A stretch of 61,884 nt of DNA, filler included, from Basidiobolus ranarum (GCA_040143965.1; 19 parts of 19 records of this genome joined end to end with filler, not necessarily neighbours in it), one strand, 5' to 3'. Positions 12,992-25,115 are shown, counted from the first letter of the whole stretch. The notes: a model not told the origin generated them from the letters alone. Program-made: numbers and translations.

Positions 12992-14249
12992 NNNNNNNNN
13001 NNNNNNNNNNNNNNNNNNNNNNNNNNNNNNNNNNNTTAATTAATTAANNNNNNNNNNNNNNNNNNNNNNNNNNNNNNNNNNNNNNNNNNNNTCGACATTA
13101 ACTGCACACATCGACACATCGACAGGCCTTTACCAATTGCGGAAAGCGGTGGTATTTTGGCAAACTAATTCCAAGATTTACAAAATAAGGCATAGAAACA
13201 TATGCAAAACCAATATCTCCTTCACTTCCGTCTCCATACCGATAATAAAATATCCATATTAGCTAGTTAAACAGTTGGAAGAGAGATTCCTGCTGAACTT
13301 CACTTTCATTGTTGGTGTTATTTGTAGTACGGCGTATAAGGTTGTTGCTAAGATGCAAGGGAGTGATTGTTGCGAATTATCCTGGGGTAAATCTAATGTA
13401 ATTTTTTGTAGGTGTCAGTGAATGGATAATCTGGGAGATTCGTTTCGGGCATCGGTGCTTAATGCTGCATTAGGGAATGTAAATCTTGATTTTCGATCGG
13501 ATTAATATTGGCTCGATGCATATTCTGAGAAATAATTTTCCTAAATCGAGATGTAATTTGCATTGATAATTAGCTGGGTTCAATATTTGCATGTACCTAA
13601 GACGTCATTGCAATTGCTCATTGTCAAATAGAGCACCATGCTGTATCAATGATGACTGTTATGCTTTCCAGAAAAGATTATGCGGACTTATTAGGATACG
13701 TATGGGGTGCAGTATTAGTGTCTGGGATTGATATTAAAGGGATATGGTACGATGGGGTCTTTAACAAAACCATCAAAGATCATTATTGAAATTAAACAAC
13801 ATATCTTCAGGAAAATGTTTGTCAAGAGCCTCCACTTGACCATTACAGTATAATGTACAGTACTATGATTGGTTAGTACTAATATAGTGTGTGTGGCACG
13901 AAATCTTCTATCCTTCCATTGAGAGTCCAACGAGTGCATGAATCAGAAATGTGATATAAGTTTTGAACTTTCCAAAGCAAAAATACATTAAGGTGTAGAA
14001 TTGAGCTGTTTAAATGTGAGATATTAGCATAGCAGATCTATATTAGGGTGACTGCTGGGATTTGCAAACCCTGGTTATGCAATACTAGCAATAGAGTTTG
14101 CTAGGACTTATATCTTGTGATTTCCAGAATCCTAGGTGTGTGAGTGAAAATTAGATTGCAATTATGGCTTTCATTGAGGCACACACTGAACCTTTTGGTT
14201 TTGTTAGCTTTATTTGTACTTTCAACACAAGAGAGATTTTGTTAAAGTA

Positions 14250-14615
14250 TTTGGAAGCCTGTTTGAAGTGGTTTGGAGAATTAGAGAAATTGGTTTATTG
14301 AGTACTAAGTTGACATGTACAGTTTTGTCAGCATGTAAACAAACTAATGTATAGAATGTTTTAAGGAAGGTCCCAGGAACATGTGTGCTAAGCTTGGGGC
14401 TTTTAACACAAGTTTGAAAAATCTAGATATCTGAGAACATATTGATTTATTGAGTTGAAATTTGACATTTATAGTGTTGTCAAGATGCAAACAACTAAAC
14501 ATGTAGAATATGTTGGGGAAGCTCCCAGGAAGATGTGTGCAAGGTTTAGGTTTCTAGCACAAGCTTGAAAAATCTATATATCTGAGAACTACTAAGTTGG
14601 TGGCAATATTCTTGT
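14250..14615 (-). repeat. Copia family C LTR remnant with a tandemly duplicated ~150-bp unit
   Basis: Two copies of TTTATTGAG...CCCAGGAA.ATGTGTGC...ATATCTGAGAAC. A single copy of this unit lies in the LTR at 52511-52846. Confidence 0.7.
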
Positions 14616-15296
14616 TGTGTCCAAAAGACAAGTGGATGGAAAGTCTTGAACTTCACTGAACCAAAGAAATAGTTAGGTGCAGAGTCTTAGAACTGTTTAA
14701 GCAGAAGATATTAGTTGAGCAGAACTAATAAATGTCTTGGGAATATCAGTGGATTGCTATGTTACAGTAGAGAGTAGGTTTGCTAGGCAGCTAGGGTTGG
14801 TGTTCTGTAGATGCTAGTGGATACTAGGCTTTGACAGAAATGCAAGGGGAATATCAAATTTGTTGGGACACATTAAGAAGTGCTGAAATCTAATATTTGT
14901 AGTGATGCACTCTAAACTAAAAGGTTCAGTCAGACTTATTTATACTTTTTGATATCAAAGTGAATTAATCATTGCCAAGATAGTTAGACAATGTGATTGG
15001 ATAGCTACATAGATGGAAAAGTGAGTTATACTTCAGCAGAAGTCTTGGCAGTAAAAGATCATTAGTTGGATTCTTGTGACTCTTATAACCTTGTGTCTAG
15101 GCAGATGACTCCAAGGTTAATACTGAATGGATGATAATAATGAGACCGGTCATATGATGCAATAGAAGGTGTAAGGGAATAGAGAGTTAGTCATGTGATG
15201 AGTCACATGATAGAGTCACTTGATAAGATCAGTGGACTAGTTAGCAATGATGATATACTAAACAGATACTTATGCAATTTGTTTAGAGATGGCACA
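14616..15296. mobile_element. Probable LTR-like insertion (TG...CA)
   Basis: Begins TGTGTCC where similarity to LTR C stops and ends GGCACA. Nearly CpG-free. No clean target-site duplication. Confidence 0.4.
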
Positions 15297-15529
15297 AGTT
15301 GAATAATTTTATCTATTTGTGCACAACAATTCTAAGTACATTTCAATTTTTATATATTGGTGCATAATTCCCACAAAATATGGAAGTTTAGGCCATGATC
15401 CAACCATCATTGAATTGCCAACCATTGATTAATAAGGAAATTTGTGGCTTTCTGTTGAGTCCAGAATTTCTCATTTGAGCCATTTTTGGCCAAGTTTTGG
15501 GTAGGCCCTTGATCACATTCTTCTATTTT

Positions 15530-16262
15530 AAACTTTTTGAAGTTATTGTTGTGGTAGTTCCATCTATCTTAACTTAAATTCCAAGAAAGTATGTCAGTAC
15601 ACCAAGATCAATCATATTGAAATTGGTGGACAAGCTGTATTTGGCTCTCTCCAAAGTCTTAAAGTCATTGTTTATAATTATAAAGTCATCCACATATATG
15701 TCTAATAAAAATGGGTCTCTCCTATCTGGCCTGAAGCAGACACTATTGTCAGCATTACTCTTTTGGAATTTGAGTATTTCTACAAAAGGTTCTATCTAGC
15801 TCATCCAAGCTCTTGCAGATTGTTCTAAGCCATAAAGTGTTTCTAGAGTCTGTAGGCTTTTTTAGTACCATCTGTGTCTACAAATTAATCTGGCTGGTCC
15901 ATATAGATCTCCTCAGCAAGCTTATCACTCAAAAAAGTAGCTTTAACATCCATTTGATATATAATATACTGATATATAGCTTAAATTGCCAAAATCAATC
16001 TAACTGAATTAAACTTTGCTACAAGAGCAAAAGTTCCTGTATAATCTATTGCTGGTGTTTAAGAATAGTGTGTGGCTACTAGTCTAGCCTTGTACCTTTG
16101 TATATTGCCATCAGGGTAATATTTAATTCTATACACACATTGAGAGCCTATGGATTTTCTATCATCAGGTAAGTAAGATAAGGCCCAACTTTGATTATTA
16201 ATCAAAGCCTGATACTCATCAGCCATTGCAGATCTCCAAAATTTTGTGTGAGGGTCATTCAG
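15530..16262 (-). mobile_element. Copia family C reverse transcriptase remnant
   Basis: YKARLVA, QMDVK and YVDD motifs on the minus strand; collinear with 53450-54060. Confidence 0.88.
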
Positions 16263-16362
16263 NNNNNNNNNNNNNNNNNNNNNNNNNNNNNNNNNNNNNN
16301 NNNNNNTTAATTAATTAANNNNNNNNNNNNNNNNNNNNNNNNNNNNNNNNNNNNNNNNNNNN

Positions 16363-17224
16363 CCATTTCAAAGTCCACAATGTATTCCATGTTTATCTCT
16401 TAGAGCCACATGCCAGAAACACCTTCCAGGGCCAATCAATTGACCCACCCCCAGCAATCCAAGTGGAAGAACACCCCGAATATGAAGTTAGCAAAATCCT
16501 AGATTGTAGAATTTATGGACAAAAGTTGCAATATTTAGTGGACTAGAAAGGATACTCAACAAATGATTAATCATGGGAGCCAGCAACAAATTTTTCTAAT
16601 TCCAAGGAACTTTGCCAGGTGTTTCATGAAGCCTACCCAGAAAAACCTGGCCCTATGATATCTAGAAGCCATTACTAAAGAAGGGGATACTGTCATGATT
16701 CTGATCTTGGCATACTGATCCACTACATATAGAACTTCTCTATTATTAGATTATGAAATCATATCTGCTGTGCCATCCCTTCTTGGCAATCTGGTGTCAG
16801 TTCATCCAGATTACCTTATATGAAAGTCATGATCTTTGGAACATTCCATGAAACCTAACCAATCATGTCATTCCACACATAGTGTATTTCCACCAAGACA
16901 TTCCATGGAAGGTCACCTGATCATCGTTACATAATCCCTCTTTGTATTGGTCCTTGTAGTCCCCAACACCCCAACTCTCAAACTTGCCACAATATATTCC
17001 TAATCAGTATATTATGTTTCACCTTGCAATATCTATATAAGCCCCATATATTCCTCAATCAGACCTCAGTCTGATCAATGCCAGTTATCAATAAAGATTC
17101 TTGCCAAAGTATCTTCCTTGTCTAGTCTTGTCTTCTATTGTCTTGTGGTCTACACCCAAGTACTCTCCTGCCTTCTAGCTTCCTGTTGTTGCTCCCAGTC
17201 CTTGTCCAGTTCCTTATTGTGACA
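16363..17224 (+). mobile_element. 3' end of a chromovirus (Ty3/Gypsy): integrase tail with chromodomain, PPT and a complete 534-bp 3' LTR
   Basis: VHNVFHV...PPPAIQVEEHPEYEVSKILDCR...LQYLV.*KGY...SWEP. The PPT AAAGAAGGGGATAC is followed by the LTR TGTCA...TGACA at 16691..17224. Confidence 0.93.
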
Positions 17225-17683
17225 TATATATATAATCTATGTTTTGATTTTCCATTAAGTAATATTTGACTAAGTCATGTTAACAACTTATATGTGATAT
17301 ATGAAATAGTTAGGTGTATAAAAATGGAGATAAAAAATATAATATAGACCATAAGCTTCAACATTAATTTGATATGGGGGTCCTTTGTATGAAGGTCAAA
17401 AGCAATTTAAGAAGGAAAGTACCTCATTCTGTTATTATTGCAAAAGAACAGGCCATTTAAGCAAAGATTACTTGAAAAGATTGGCAGAAGAAAAACACAT
17501 TAGAAATGGAAATTTGTTTACAACAGAAGATCCCTAGCTCATATTTGCTCTATCTATGACTACTAACAGGGATTCTCAGACATGGTATATTGATTCTAGA
17601 GCCTTCCAACATTTCACAAATGAAAACCATTGGTTTGTTGATTATGAAGAAATCCCAATTGGAAATATTCTCATGGGAGATAA
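17225..17683. mobile_element. LTR family D (minus, 17225-17363) next to a Copia gag zinc-knuckle/protease fragment (plus, 17364-17683)
   Basis: LTR terminus CTTCAACA at 17356-17363; CYYCKRTGH and WYIDS motifs follow. Confidence 0.75.
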
Positions 17684-19420
17684 TGTTAGATAATCAATCT
17701 TTATTCAACATCATAGTTAACTTTAGTTATAATAGATATATCTAAAACAGAAAGCAACATATCTATAGCCCCAATATTCTAAATAGGATTATCTCTATAT
17801 CTATGTAACCAGTATGTCTTAATACCTCCACTTATCTACTATATCTTATTACACAAACTCCCAAATATCTCAAACAATTGATTTAATTTTTTTGCATTCT
17901 TAAACTCTTGTATGTCTGAGGATTCAGATATTATGACATATGTAAATAGTGTCAAGAAAGTTGCCCAACAACTGGAATCAGTGAATTATGAAGTACCTGA
18001 AATGGATATAATTCTTTCAATAATCAATGGTCTCCCTGAAGCATATTCAGGCCTTGTACTCACTTTGGAAGCAATTGGGGATAAGCTTACTCAGCATTAT
18101 CTGATCATTTGTCTATGTCAAGAAGAATTTAAAAGGAAGAACAAAAGTCAGCTTGGAGATGAAACAAAACTATACAAGCATTTTATTCACAAAATAGCCC
18201 ACCAGAAAGGAGCACTGTTAAATATTACAAATGTGGAAAACTGTGACATATAGCACTTTACTGCAGATCAAAGCAGATATGGGTTTCAAAGAAAAAGGAT
18301 GCATATAACACCACTAAAAGAGGAAACAAACACTATGTACTTGGCAACCTCTAAATCAGGTAATGACTCTGCTAATGTATGGATTCTAGATTCTGGTGCA
18401 AGTGATCATATATAACACAATAGAAACATAATGCATGACTATAAGGAAATAGAACCTCTGGACATCATGCTAGCTGGAAGAAACAAACTGGTTGCATATG
18501 GAATGGGAAAGGTCACACTTGACTTACAAATAAGAAAAACCAAAAGTATAATGGTACCTTGGAATATGTCTTATATATTCCATCATTTACAACAAATCTG
18601 TTTTCAGTTGGAGCAATTGAAAAGAAACATTATGAAGTCAAAATCAGCCAAGGAAAAGCAACCATATACAAATCAAAGGACTTGATAGTAGGAACTGGAA
18701 CAAGAATTGGGAATCTATATCACCTGGTTATTGCACTAATAACTGAGACCGTTTCTAACTTTACAATAATTACTTCTGGAAACTTGATGACTTGGCATCA
18801 GTGCTTGGGTCATCTAAACAATAATAGTGTAAAACTATTATATTAAAATAGCCTATGTACTGGAATGGATCTTAAGCCCTCAGATATTACTAAATGTGAA
18901 AGCTGTATTCAAGGAAAAATCACCAGAAAACCATTTCTGGAAACTTGATGACTTAGCATCAGTGCTAGGGTCATCTAAACTATAATAGTGTAAAACTATG
19001 ATATAAAGATAGCGTACATACTGGAATGGATCTTAAGCCCTCAGATGTTACTAAATGCAAAAGCTGTATTCAAGGGAAAGTCACCAGAAAATCATTTCCA
19101 AAAGAAGGAGCTAGCAAAGCCAAAGATTTATTGGATCTATTCATACAGACTTATGTGGCCCAATGCAAACTTTGACACCAAATAAGCAACAATATTTACT
19201 CATCTTTATTGATGATAAATCTCACTTCACAGTTTCTTTTTTTTTGTTAAGCAAAGGAGAAGTGTTTCAATATTTCAAGATATATGAAGCAATGGTCAGA
19301 ACTATAACAGGGAGAAAAATAAAATATCTACACAGTATTAATCAAACTGAATTTAACAATGAAGCCATGACTAGCTTTTGTCAAGAAAAGGGAATTCAGC
19401 AGCAATTTAATATTCCATAT
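17684..19420 (+). mobile_element. Degenerate Copia with a family B 5' LTR part, gag, protease and integrase; contains a 161-bp tandem duplication
   Basis: 17684-17885 matches LTR B (54893-55210). WILDSGASDH, WHQCLGHLN and FIDDKS motifs. Duplicated units start at about 18775 and 18936. Confidence 0.9.
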
Positions 19421-19527
19421 AGCCAGATTGCCGAGAAGGGATGGCACAGTAGATATGATGTCATAATCTAATAATAGAAGAGTTCCATATGCAGTGGATC
19501 AGTATGCCGAGATCAGAATCATGACAG
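19421..19527 (-). mobile_element. 5' ~105 bp of the chromovirus LTR, less CpG-decayed copy
   Basis: Reverse complement of 16691-16795; keeps two CTCGGC sites that are CTTGGC in the other copies. Confidence 0.88.
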
Positions 19528-19689
19528 GTTANNNNNNNNNNNNNNNNNNNNNNNNNNNNNNNNNNNNNNNNNNNNTTAATTAATTAANNNNNNNNNNNNN
19601 NNNNNNNNNNNNNNNNNNNNNNNNNNNNNNNGTGGGGGTGCCCCCCTTTTATTCGGGGGGCCCCCACCTCCCCCCTCACACCCGGGGGG

Positions 19690-21591
19690 ATCTTGTTTTG
19701 TCATCAATAAAGGTCATAGAGTACCTTTTCCCACCCAGTGAGACATTTTTCATGGGCCACATAAGTCAGAATTAATCAGGGAAAAATCTGAGTGGATTTG
19801 ATCTCTCCAGAGCTTGAAAATGGCTGTCTGTGATGTTTTCAATGTATGCAACCTTCACACAGATCCAATTTAGTGATATTTCCAATTTCCAAGCCTGAAA
19901 CAAGCTGATTTCAGGTCATTTGGGTCAGTTTTTGTTCCCAAAATGGCCTAATCTTCTATGCCATATTTGACAACTTATTTCACCAGTTTTGGCCATGTTT
20001 GCATACTCAGAATGCAATTTGTTGATTCTTAGCTTGTATAAGTTTTGAGTTTTGATCCCAGTAGCAAGTTTGGTATTATTCTGATCTGTGATAGTGCATC
20101 CAGCCTTACTGAACACAAAATTTAATCCTTGAGTTGTTGCTGGGCTTACTGAGAGTAGATTCTTGGCTATATTTGATACATAGAGTACATCATCTAATTT
20201 TGCAGATGGAGTAGCTGAATTTCAGTCTATATTGAGTACAACTGTGCCCTTACCAACTGCATCCAGTGCAAAGTCATCACCTAAGTAGACTTTCCTTATT
20301 TGGATTGGTTTTAAGCTGGAAAACCAATCTTAACTGTTTGACATATGTTGTGAAGCTCCTGAGTCAATGTGCCATGTTTCTGAGTCTTCTTTAGTGGTTA
20401 CTGATAGGGCAGACACAAATAGATGATCTCTATCAGTACTTACTTGATTTGCTTGTTCCAATTTAAGCTTTTTGGCAAAAATCCTTTTTCTGCAATCTTT
20501 GATTAAATGTCCTGGTTTCTGGCAATACTTGCAGATGATTGATTTCCTAATAGGGGCACCATTATTGAAGCCTGTTGGACATTTTACAGCTCCAAAAAAT
20601 GCCTGTTTGGCAATATTTTGCTGAGAATTAGATCTCCTTAATTCTTCATTCAAAGGCCTGGCACCAACATAGTCCATTGTTAATGGCTCTGATCTTGATT
20701 CTAGGGCAATTATGAGGTTCCCAAACTCATCTGGCAGGCTCCCCAGTAGTGTCATGACTAGGTCATCTTCATTTAGAGGTGCTCCAATGGATCAGAGCTG
20801 ATCTGCCATAGTTTTTATCTGATTTATATGATTAATCATAAAATCATCAGGATTCACCTGAATTGAGAACAATCTTCACCTAAAATATAGCCTATTAGCC
20901 AGACTTTTAGTCTCATATAGTCTGTCAAGTATTTCCCAAGCATTTTGTACATTTTTGGCTGATTGTATGTGCCTCAATTGAGAATCTCTGAGATGAAGAC
21001 AAAGTGTAGAGAGTGCTTTCCTCTGCTTCTTGTGAAAGGCAAGGATAGCTTCTGGTAGTCCCTTTGGCTCTATTTCTTCTCCTGTAACAAATCCCAAAAG
21101 GTCCTTGTCTTCTAGCACCATTTGCATCTTGAACTTCCAAAGGTGAAAGGCTTCACCATCAAACTTCTCTGTGGATGACAGAACGTTGGTAATAGTACTG
21201 GTAGACATTCCTTTAACAGCTAGCTTGGGGCTCATAACCTTATGAACGTGTTTTGGGGATTTGGAAGTGTCTTGGACAAGATTTGGATTTGTGAATTAGA
21301 CACTTAAGTTTTATTGAATTGAATATGTCCTATGTATAGTTTACTATGAAATAGGACTTTTATACATGCTTAGATCATAACAAACATGTCTGTTAAGCAT
21401 GGGTTAAAATTTGAAATGATTTGGAGTAGTTTTGAGAACATAGTGAAAATTGGTAAAAGTGATCTAATTGATATTTCTATTAATTAGAGCAGTAAACACA
21501 TGTTTTTGAATGACAGAATTGAGTACTAAATAGTCAGAATAGGAATAAACTAACTACTAATCAATGAATGGCTATTTACCTAATTTCAACA
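19690..21591 (-). mobile_element. Copia family A, 5' half: LTR (21240-21591), PBS, gag, protease, start of integrase
   Basis: LTR starts TGTTGAAATTAGG. Gag EKFDGEAFHLWKFKM and CKYCQKPGHLIKDC; protease WHIDSGASQHM; WHRRLGH. Confidence 0.95.
21224..21239 (-). promoter_or_regulatory. Primer-binding site complementary to the initiator tRNA-Met anticodon arm (half-tRNA primer type)
   Basis: GGTTATGAGCCCC lies directly after the 5' LTR; its complement GGGCTCATAACC is the tRNAi-Met anticodon stem-loop. Second copy GGTTATGAACCC at 57480. Confidence 0.85.
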
Positions 21592-21910
21592 GAATGCTAC
21601 CATGGCAACAGCAAGTCAAAAGAGATGAAGCTTCTACCATGGTTGAAGAAGCAACAACCACCAAGCACAAACCACCAGGTAGACTACTTGCTTCAACATG
21701 TACCACCATGTGATCACAGCCATGGCCAGTTGAAAGTGATGAAGCTTCTACTGTGGTTCATGAAGCATTAACTGCCAAAACAAAGCTCAAGGTGGATGCC
21801 TCACTTCAACAGAAACTGCCATGCAACCATGGCCATGACCAGTAATAAGAGATGAAGCTTCTGCTGTGTTTGAAGAAGCAATAACTGTCTAGCACAAACC
21901 TCAAGTGAGA
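21592..21910 (+). repeat. Degenerate tandem repeat, ~114-bp unit, 3 copies
   Basis: The anchor GATGAAGCTTCT occurs at 21624, 21738 and 21851. Confidence 0.8.
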
Positions 21911-22260
21911 CATTCTGGGTTGATGCGTATAGCTGCATGCCAGCAGCAATGGCTGTTGACTCATTGAGTGAAGGCTCCACATCTGAAGGAGAGACTGTAG
22001 ATACAAAAAAACTGCAAACCAGACTGGACAAGCCAATGCAGACCACAGTACATCAACCTCAAGCTACAATTCATGCTGGCCAAGGTAGAGGAACATCAGC
22101 AGGATCAAGCTGACCAACTCAGCGCAGAGTTTCAAGCAAAGTTCCTTCCATTAAAATATCAAGGAGATGATAAAATAACAGAAGCATATCAGCATGTACC
22201 ACTTAAGACCTGGACAGCTGCTGAATGCTCTTGTTAATACTTACATTATCCTATCTTCAA

Positions 22261-22799
22261 TGTTTAGTGCATCATGCAAAATTGATATGGATTGCAGTTT
22301 AATATAGCATAAATTGCTTCAGTTGTTTCATGGTTGCTTATGTCTTTATGAAATACTGATAGCATGATATTGTCATATATCATAAAAATCAATGATTGTC
22401 TATGAATACAAGTAATTTCACTACAATTAAATGAAATACCTAATTTTAACATTCCCACTCAACTAATTATTTTGTGTTTCTCTTAAACCTAACTTATATC
22501 ATAATACTTCAAATTGTGCTTTAGCTAAAGGTTTGGTTAAGATATCAGCTATCATTTCTTCAGTAGGGCAATAGACAAGTTCAATTATATCATTCTCTAT
22601 TGCTTCTCTAACAAAATGATGCCTAATATCTATATGTTTTGTTCTAGCATGAAATGTAGGATTTTTAGCTAATGAAATACAACTTTGATTATCTTCAAAT
22701 ACAGTAATAGCACGTTTTTGCATGTATCCTAAGTCTGTAAATAACTTCCTTAACCACATAGCTTCTTGTGTAGTAGCAGAGGCAGCCATATACTCTGCT
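22261..22799 (-). mobile_element. Copia 3' end: RNase H, PPT and a 191-bp 3' LTR (22261-22451)
   Basis: EDNQSCI...RTKHIDIRHHFVRE...ADILTKPL; PPT GAGTGGGAA; LTR TGTTAA...TAAACA. Confidence 0.92.
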
Positions 22800-23021
22800 N
22801 NNNNNNNNNNNNNNNNNNNNNNNNNNNNNNNNNNNNNNNNNNNTTAATTAATTAANNNNNNNNNNNNNNNNNNNNNNNNNNNNNNNNNNNNNNNNNNNNA
22901 TGTTTCCCTTTATCCAGGAGTTGCATCTTGAATTTCCATTCATAGAAATCTTCCCCATTGAATGTTAAAATATTATTAAACTCCTTTTAGTAAGAATATT
23001 CTATTTGACTCACTGCTACCA

Positions 23022-23312
23022 TGTTAGAGGATCTTTACATAATAGGGTTAGACTTGATATATTTTAATAGTGCTTTTGGTTACTTTACTCTTCAGAGAAT
23101 ATGGTGCCTCATATAGTAGAGAAGTAAATTTATTGTTTAAGATATTTGCAAGTTTATGTAATAAGATATAATAGATGAGTGGGGGCAATAAGACATACTT
23201 GCTACATAGATAGAGATATATTCCTAATTAGAATATAGGGGCCATAGATACATTGCATATGTATCATAACTAAAGTTAACTATGATGTTGAAGAAAGATT
23301 AATTATCCCACA
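23022..23312 (-). mobile_element. Solo LTR, Copia family B
   Basis: Collinear with 54893-55210 and with TG...CA ends. No internal sequence on either side and no clear target-site duplication. Confidence 0.8.
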
Positions 23313-24026
23313 GCACCTTTTGTAGTAGATACAGTAGCTTACCTTTTCCACAATTAAAGTAGCATTTTTCCTCTCAATGTCACTGATTTGGAATAAGTAG
23401 GTCATAAATGATTGCAATAACTGCACCAACACATATGGTATAAATCTGATGAAAGAGTTATAATGGACTTGTTCCATTGTGCCAGGATTTATTGTACCTT
23501 GGATCAATATATTAGAGTAAATGTGATTGAAACTTATCATTCCAGAGGGTGCTGGATAGTGCCAAATTGTGCCGCATATATCTTAGATTACTTTATCCAA
23601 TATGCTATATACAACACAATCTGGCACTATCACAGGGAACAAGTCCAATTTTGACTTTGTAAGGTCCATGATTTTTATTAGACATTGAGGAGAAAAATGA
23701 ACTCAGCTTTCCAACAGACATTTCTGTCTGAAAGATCTGTGCCACTACACTCAGTGTATCTTAGCGATTATTGTGCAGTATTGGGTTTCCATCTTGTTGA
23801 GTAGTGTATTGACAAACTTGGGATATGGTAAAGGGGTGGATACAACCGTTAGAGTTGATACATTTAGATATGTATCATGGAATAGTCAGATATAAATTAT
23901 AACATGGAAAAGTGTGCGTAGATGCTCATATAGCAAGGGCTGTTTACATAAATTGAGAAATAAAGAGTTAGTGTTAATGTTAATTCAGATGGTATTAAAA
24001 TCTATGGAGCAATCCGAACTCAGTGA

Positions 24027-25115
24027 TTACTTGGAAGTAAACCAAAGTAAACGATCATCGCGAATATGTCCTATTTCATCATTGACCTCTAATTTGGCTA
24101 TATAATTTTGATTGGTATTGATGAGGCTGATCTGGGGCTTATCACCACATTGACCAAGCTCTGGTCCATCAACAGTCAGTTCGGAAATGTCACTAGTGTA
24201 CTTGCCATATTCTTCGAAATATCTCCTTTCCGCGCGATAAAGCTGACCTAACACATATCTAGGGACCGCGGTGGGATCTTCATAACCGGTAGTATTTTGA
24301 CTTGGGTTGGAAAACTCTATTACTCCCCACCATTCGGGATTTTGAACATCCGAGGAGTACTGAGGAGTCCAGGACTACTGATAATGAGTATTAGTAGAGT
24401 TATTGCTTAATGGAATGTTGCTTCGTTTACGGTAATGACTATTGCCCCAACCAGTCCTGACGAATTGCCAGTTGCTGCGGTAGCCAAAGTCGAATAATCC
24501 TCGCTTCTTACTCATCTGCAAACTAGACAAAGGTAAGACCCATTCTAAAGTCCATGATCCTCCCCCAAGATTAACGCGTGACATAGATTTCTTGGCGTTA
24601 ATTGATATAGCATAAGAAGAGGCTGCTCCCAGGCTCCAGTCATCAGTAGCGCAGCCACCATTACTTGGTGGCTTCGACCAAGCAAATTGGCGGGTTCTTC
24701 CGAATGGGTTAACTCGAACTTCTTTGTAATTATGGTTTGTACGTCCCGGGTCTACGAGAATCCCAAAATTACTCTGAGAAAACTTCTCCGGATCAGATGT
24801 ATTTGAAGGAACAGAAGTAGGGTCGAATATCTCAGCTCCGAAGTAGACGAATCTCTCGTCCCATAGTAATTTTACTCTTGTTTTGAAAGCGTCGCTAACA
24901 TTTGCACCATCGTTGATATTGGTGAATGGAACTGACCACGAGGCCTTCTTCCAAGCTTCATCATCTAGGCTCCCGTCCACTTTAATCGGGGAAGAGATAT
25001 GACGGGCGATATAGTGTCTTGGAATATAGCTGTCGCATTTATTTGCAGCGTTAACTGCGTTTACTAGGATGCCAGCAAGTAAGATGGCAGATCCTAGAAT
25101 GACTTGGGTTTTCAT
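24027..25115 (-). CDS. Secreted carbohydrate-binding family 9-like (DOMON-fold) protein, intronless, with one in-frame TAG at 24375-24377
   Basis: Signal peptide; IKVDGSLDDEAWKKASWS, TRVKLLWD, NYKEVRVNPFG and WTLEWVLP motifs. The frame stays open after the TAG (SWTPQ...NPEWWGVIEFS...LGQLYRAERRYF) until TAA. Confidence 0.8.

Noticed and set aside
13092-13130. Three TCGACA motifs ending in AGGCCTTTA as a DNA-transposon terminus
   Set aside because: Under 40 bp, at a contig edge, and with no second copy in the window.
19632-19690. G/C-run tracts at contig starts (also 55487-55560) as G-quadruplexes or GC clusters
   Set aside because: They grade into recognisable Copia sequence and look like miscalled read tails.
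24375-24430. A short intron removing the CBM9-like TAG
   Set aside because: The candidate GTAAAC donor gives 53- or 56-nt introns that shift the frame out of the conserved downstream sequence.
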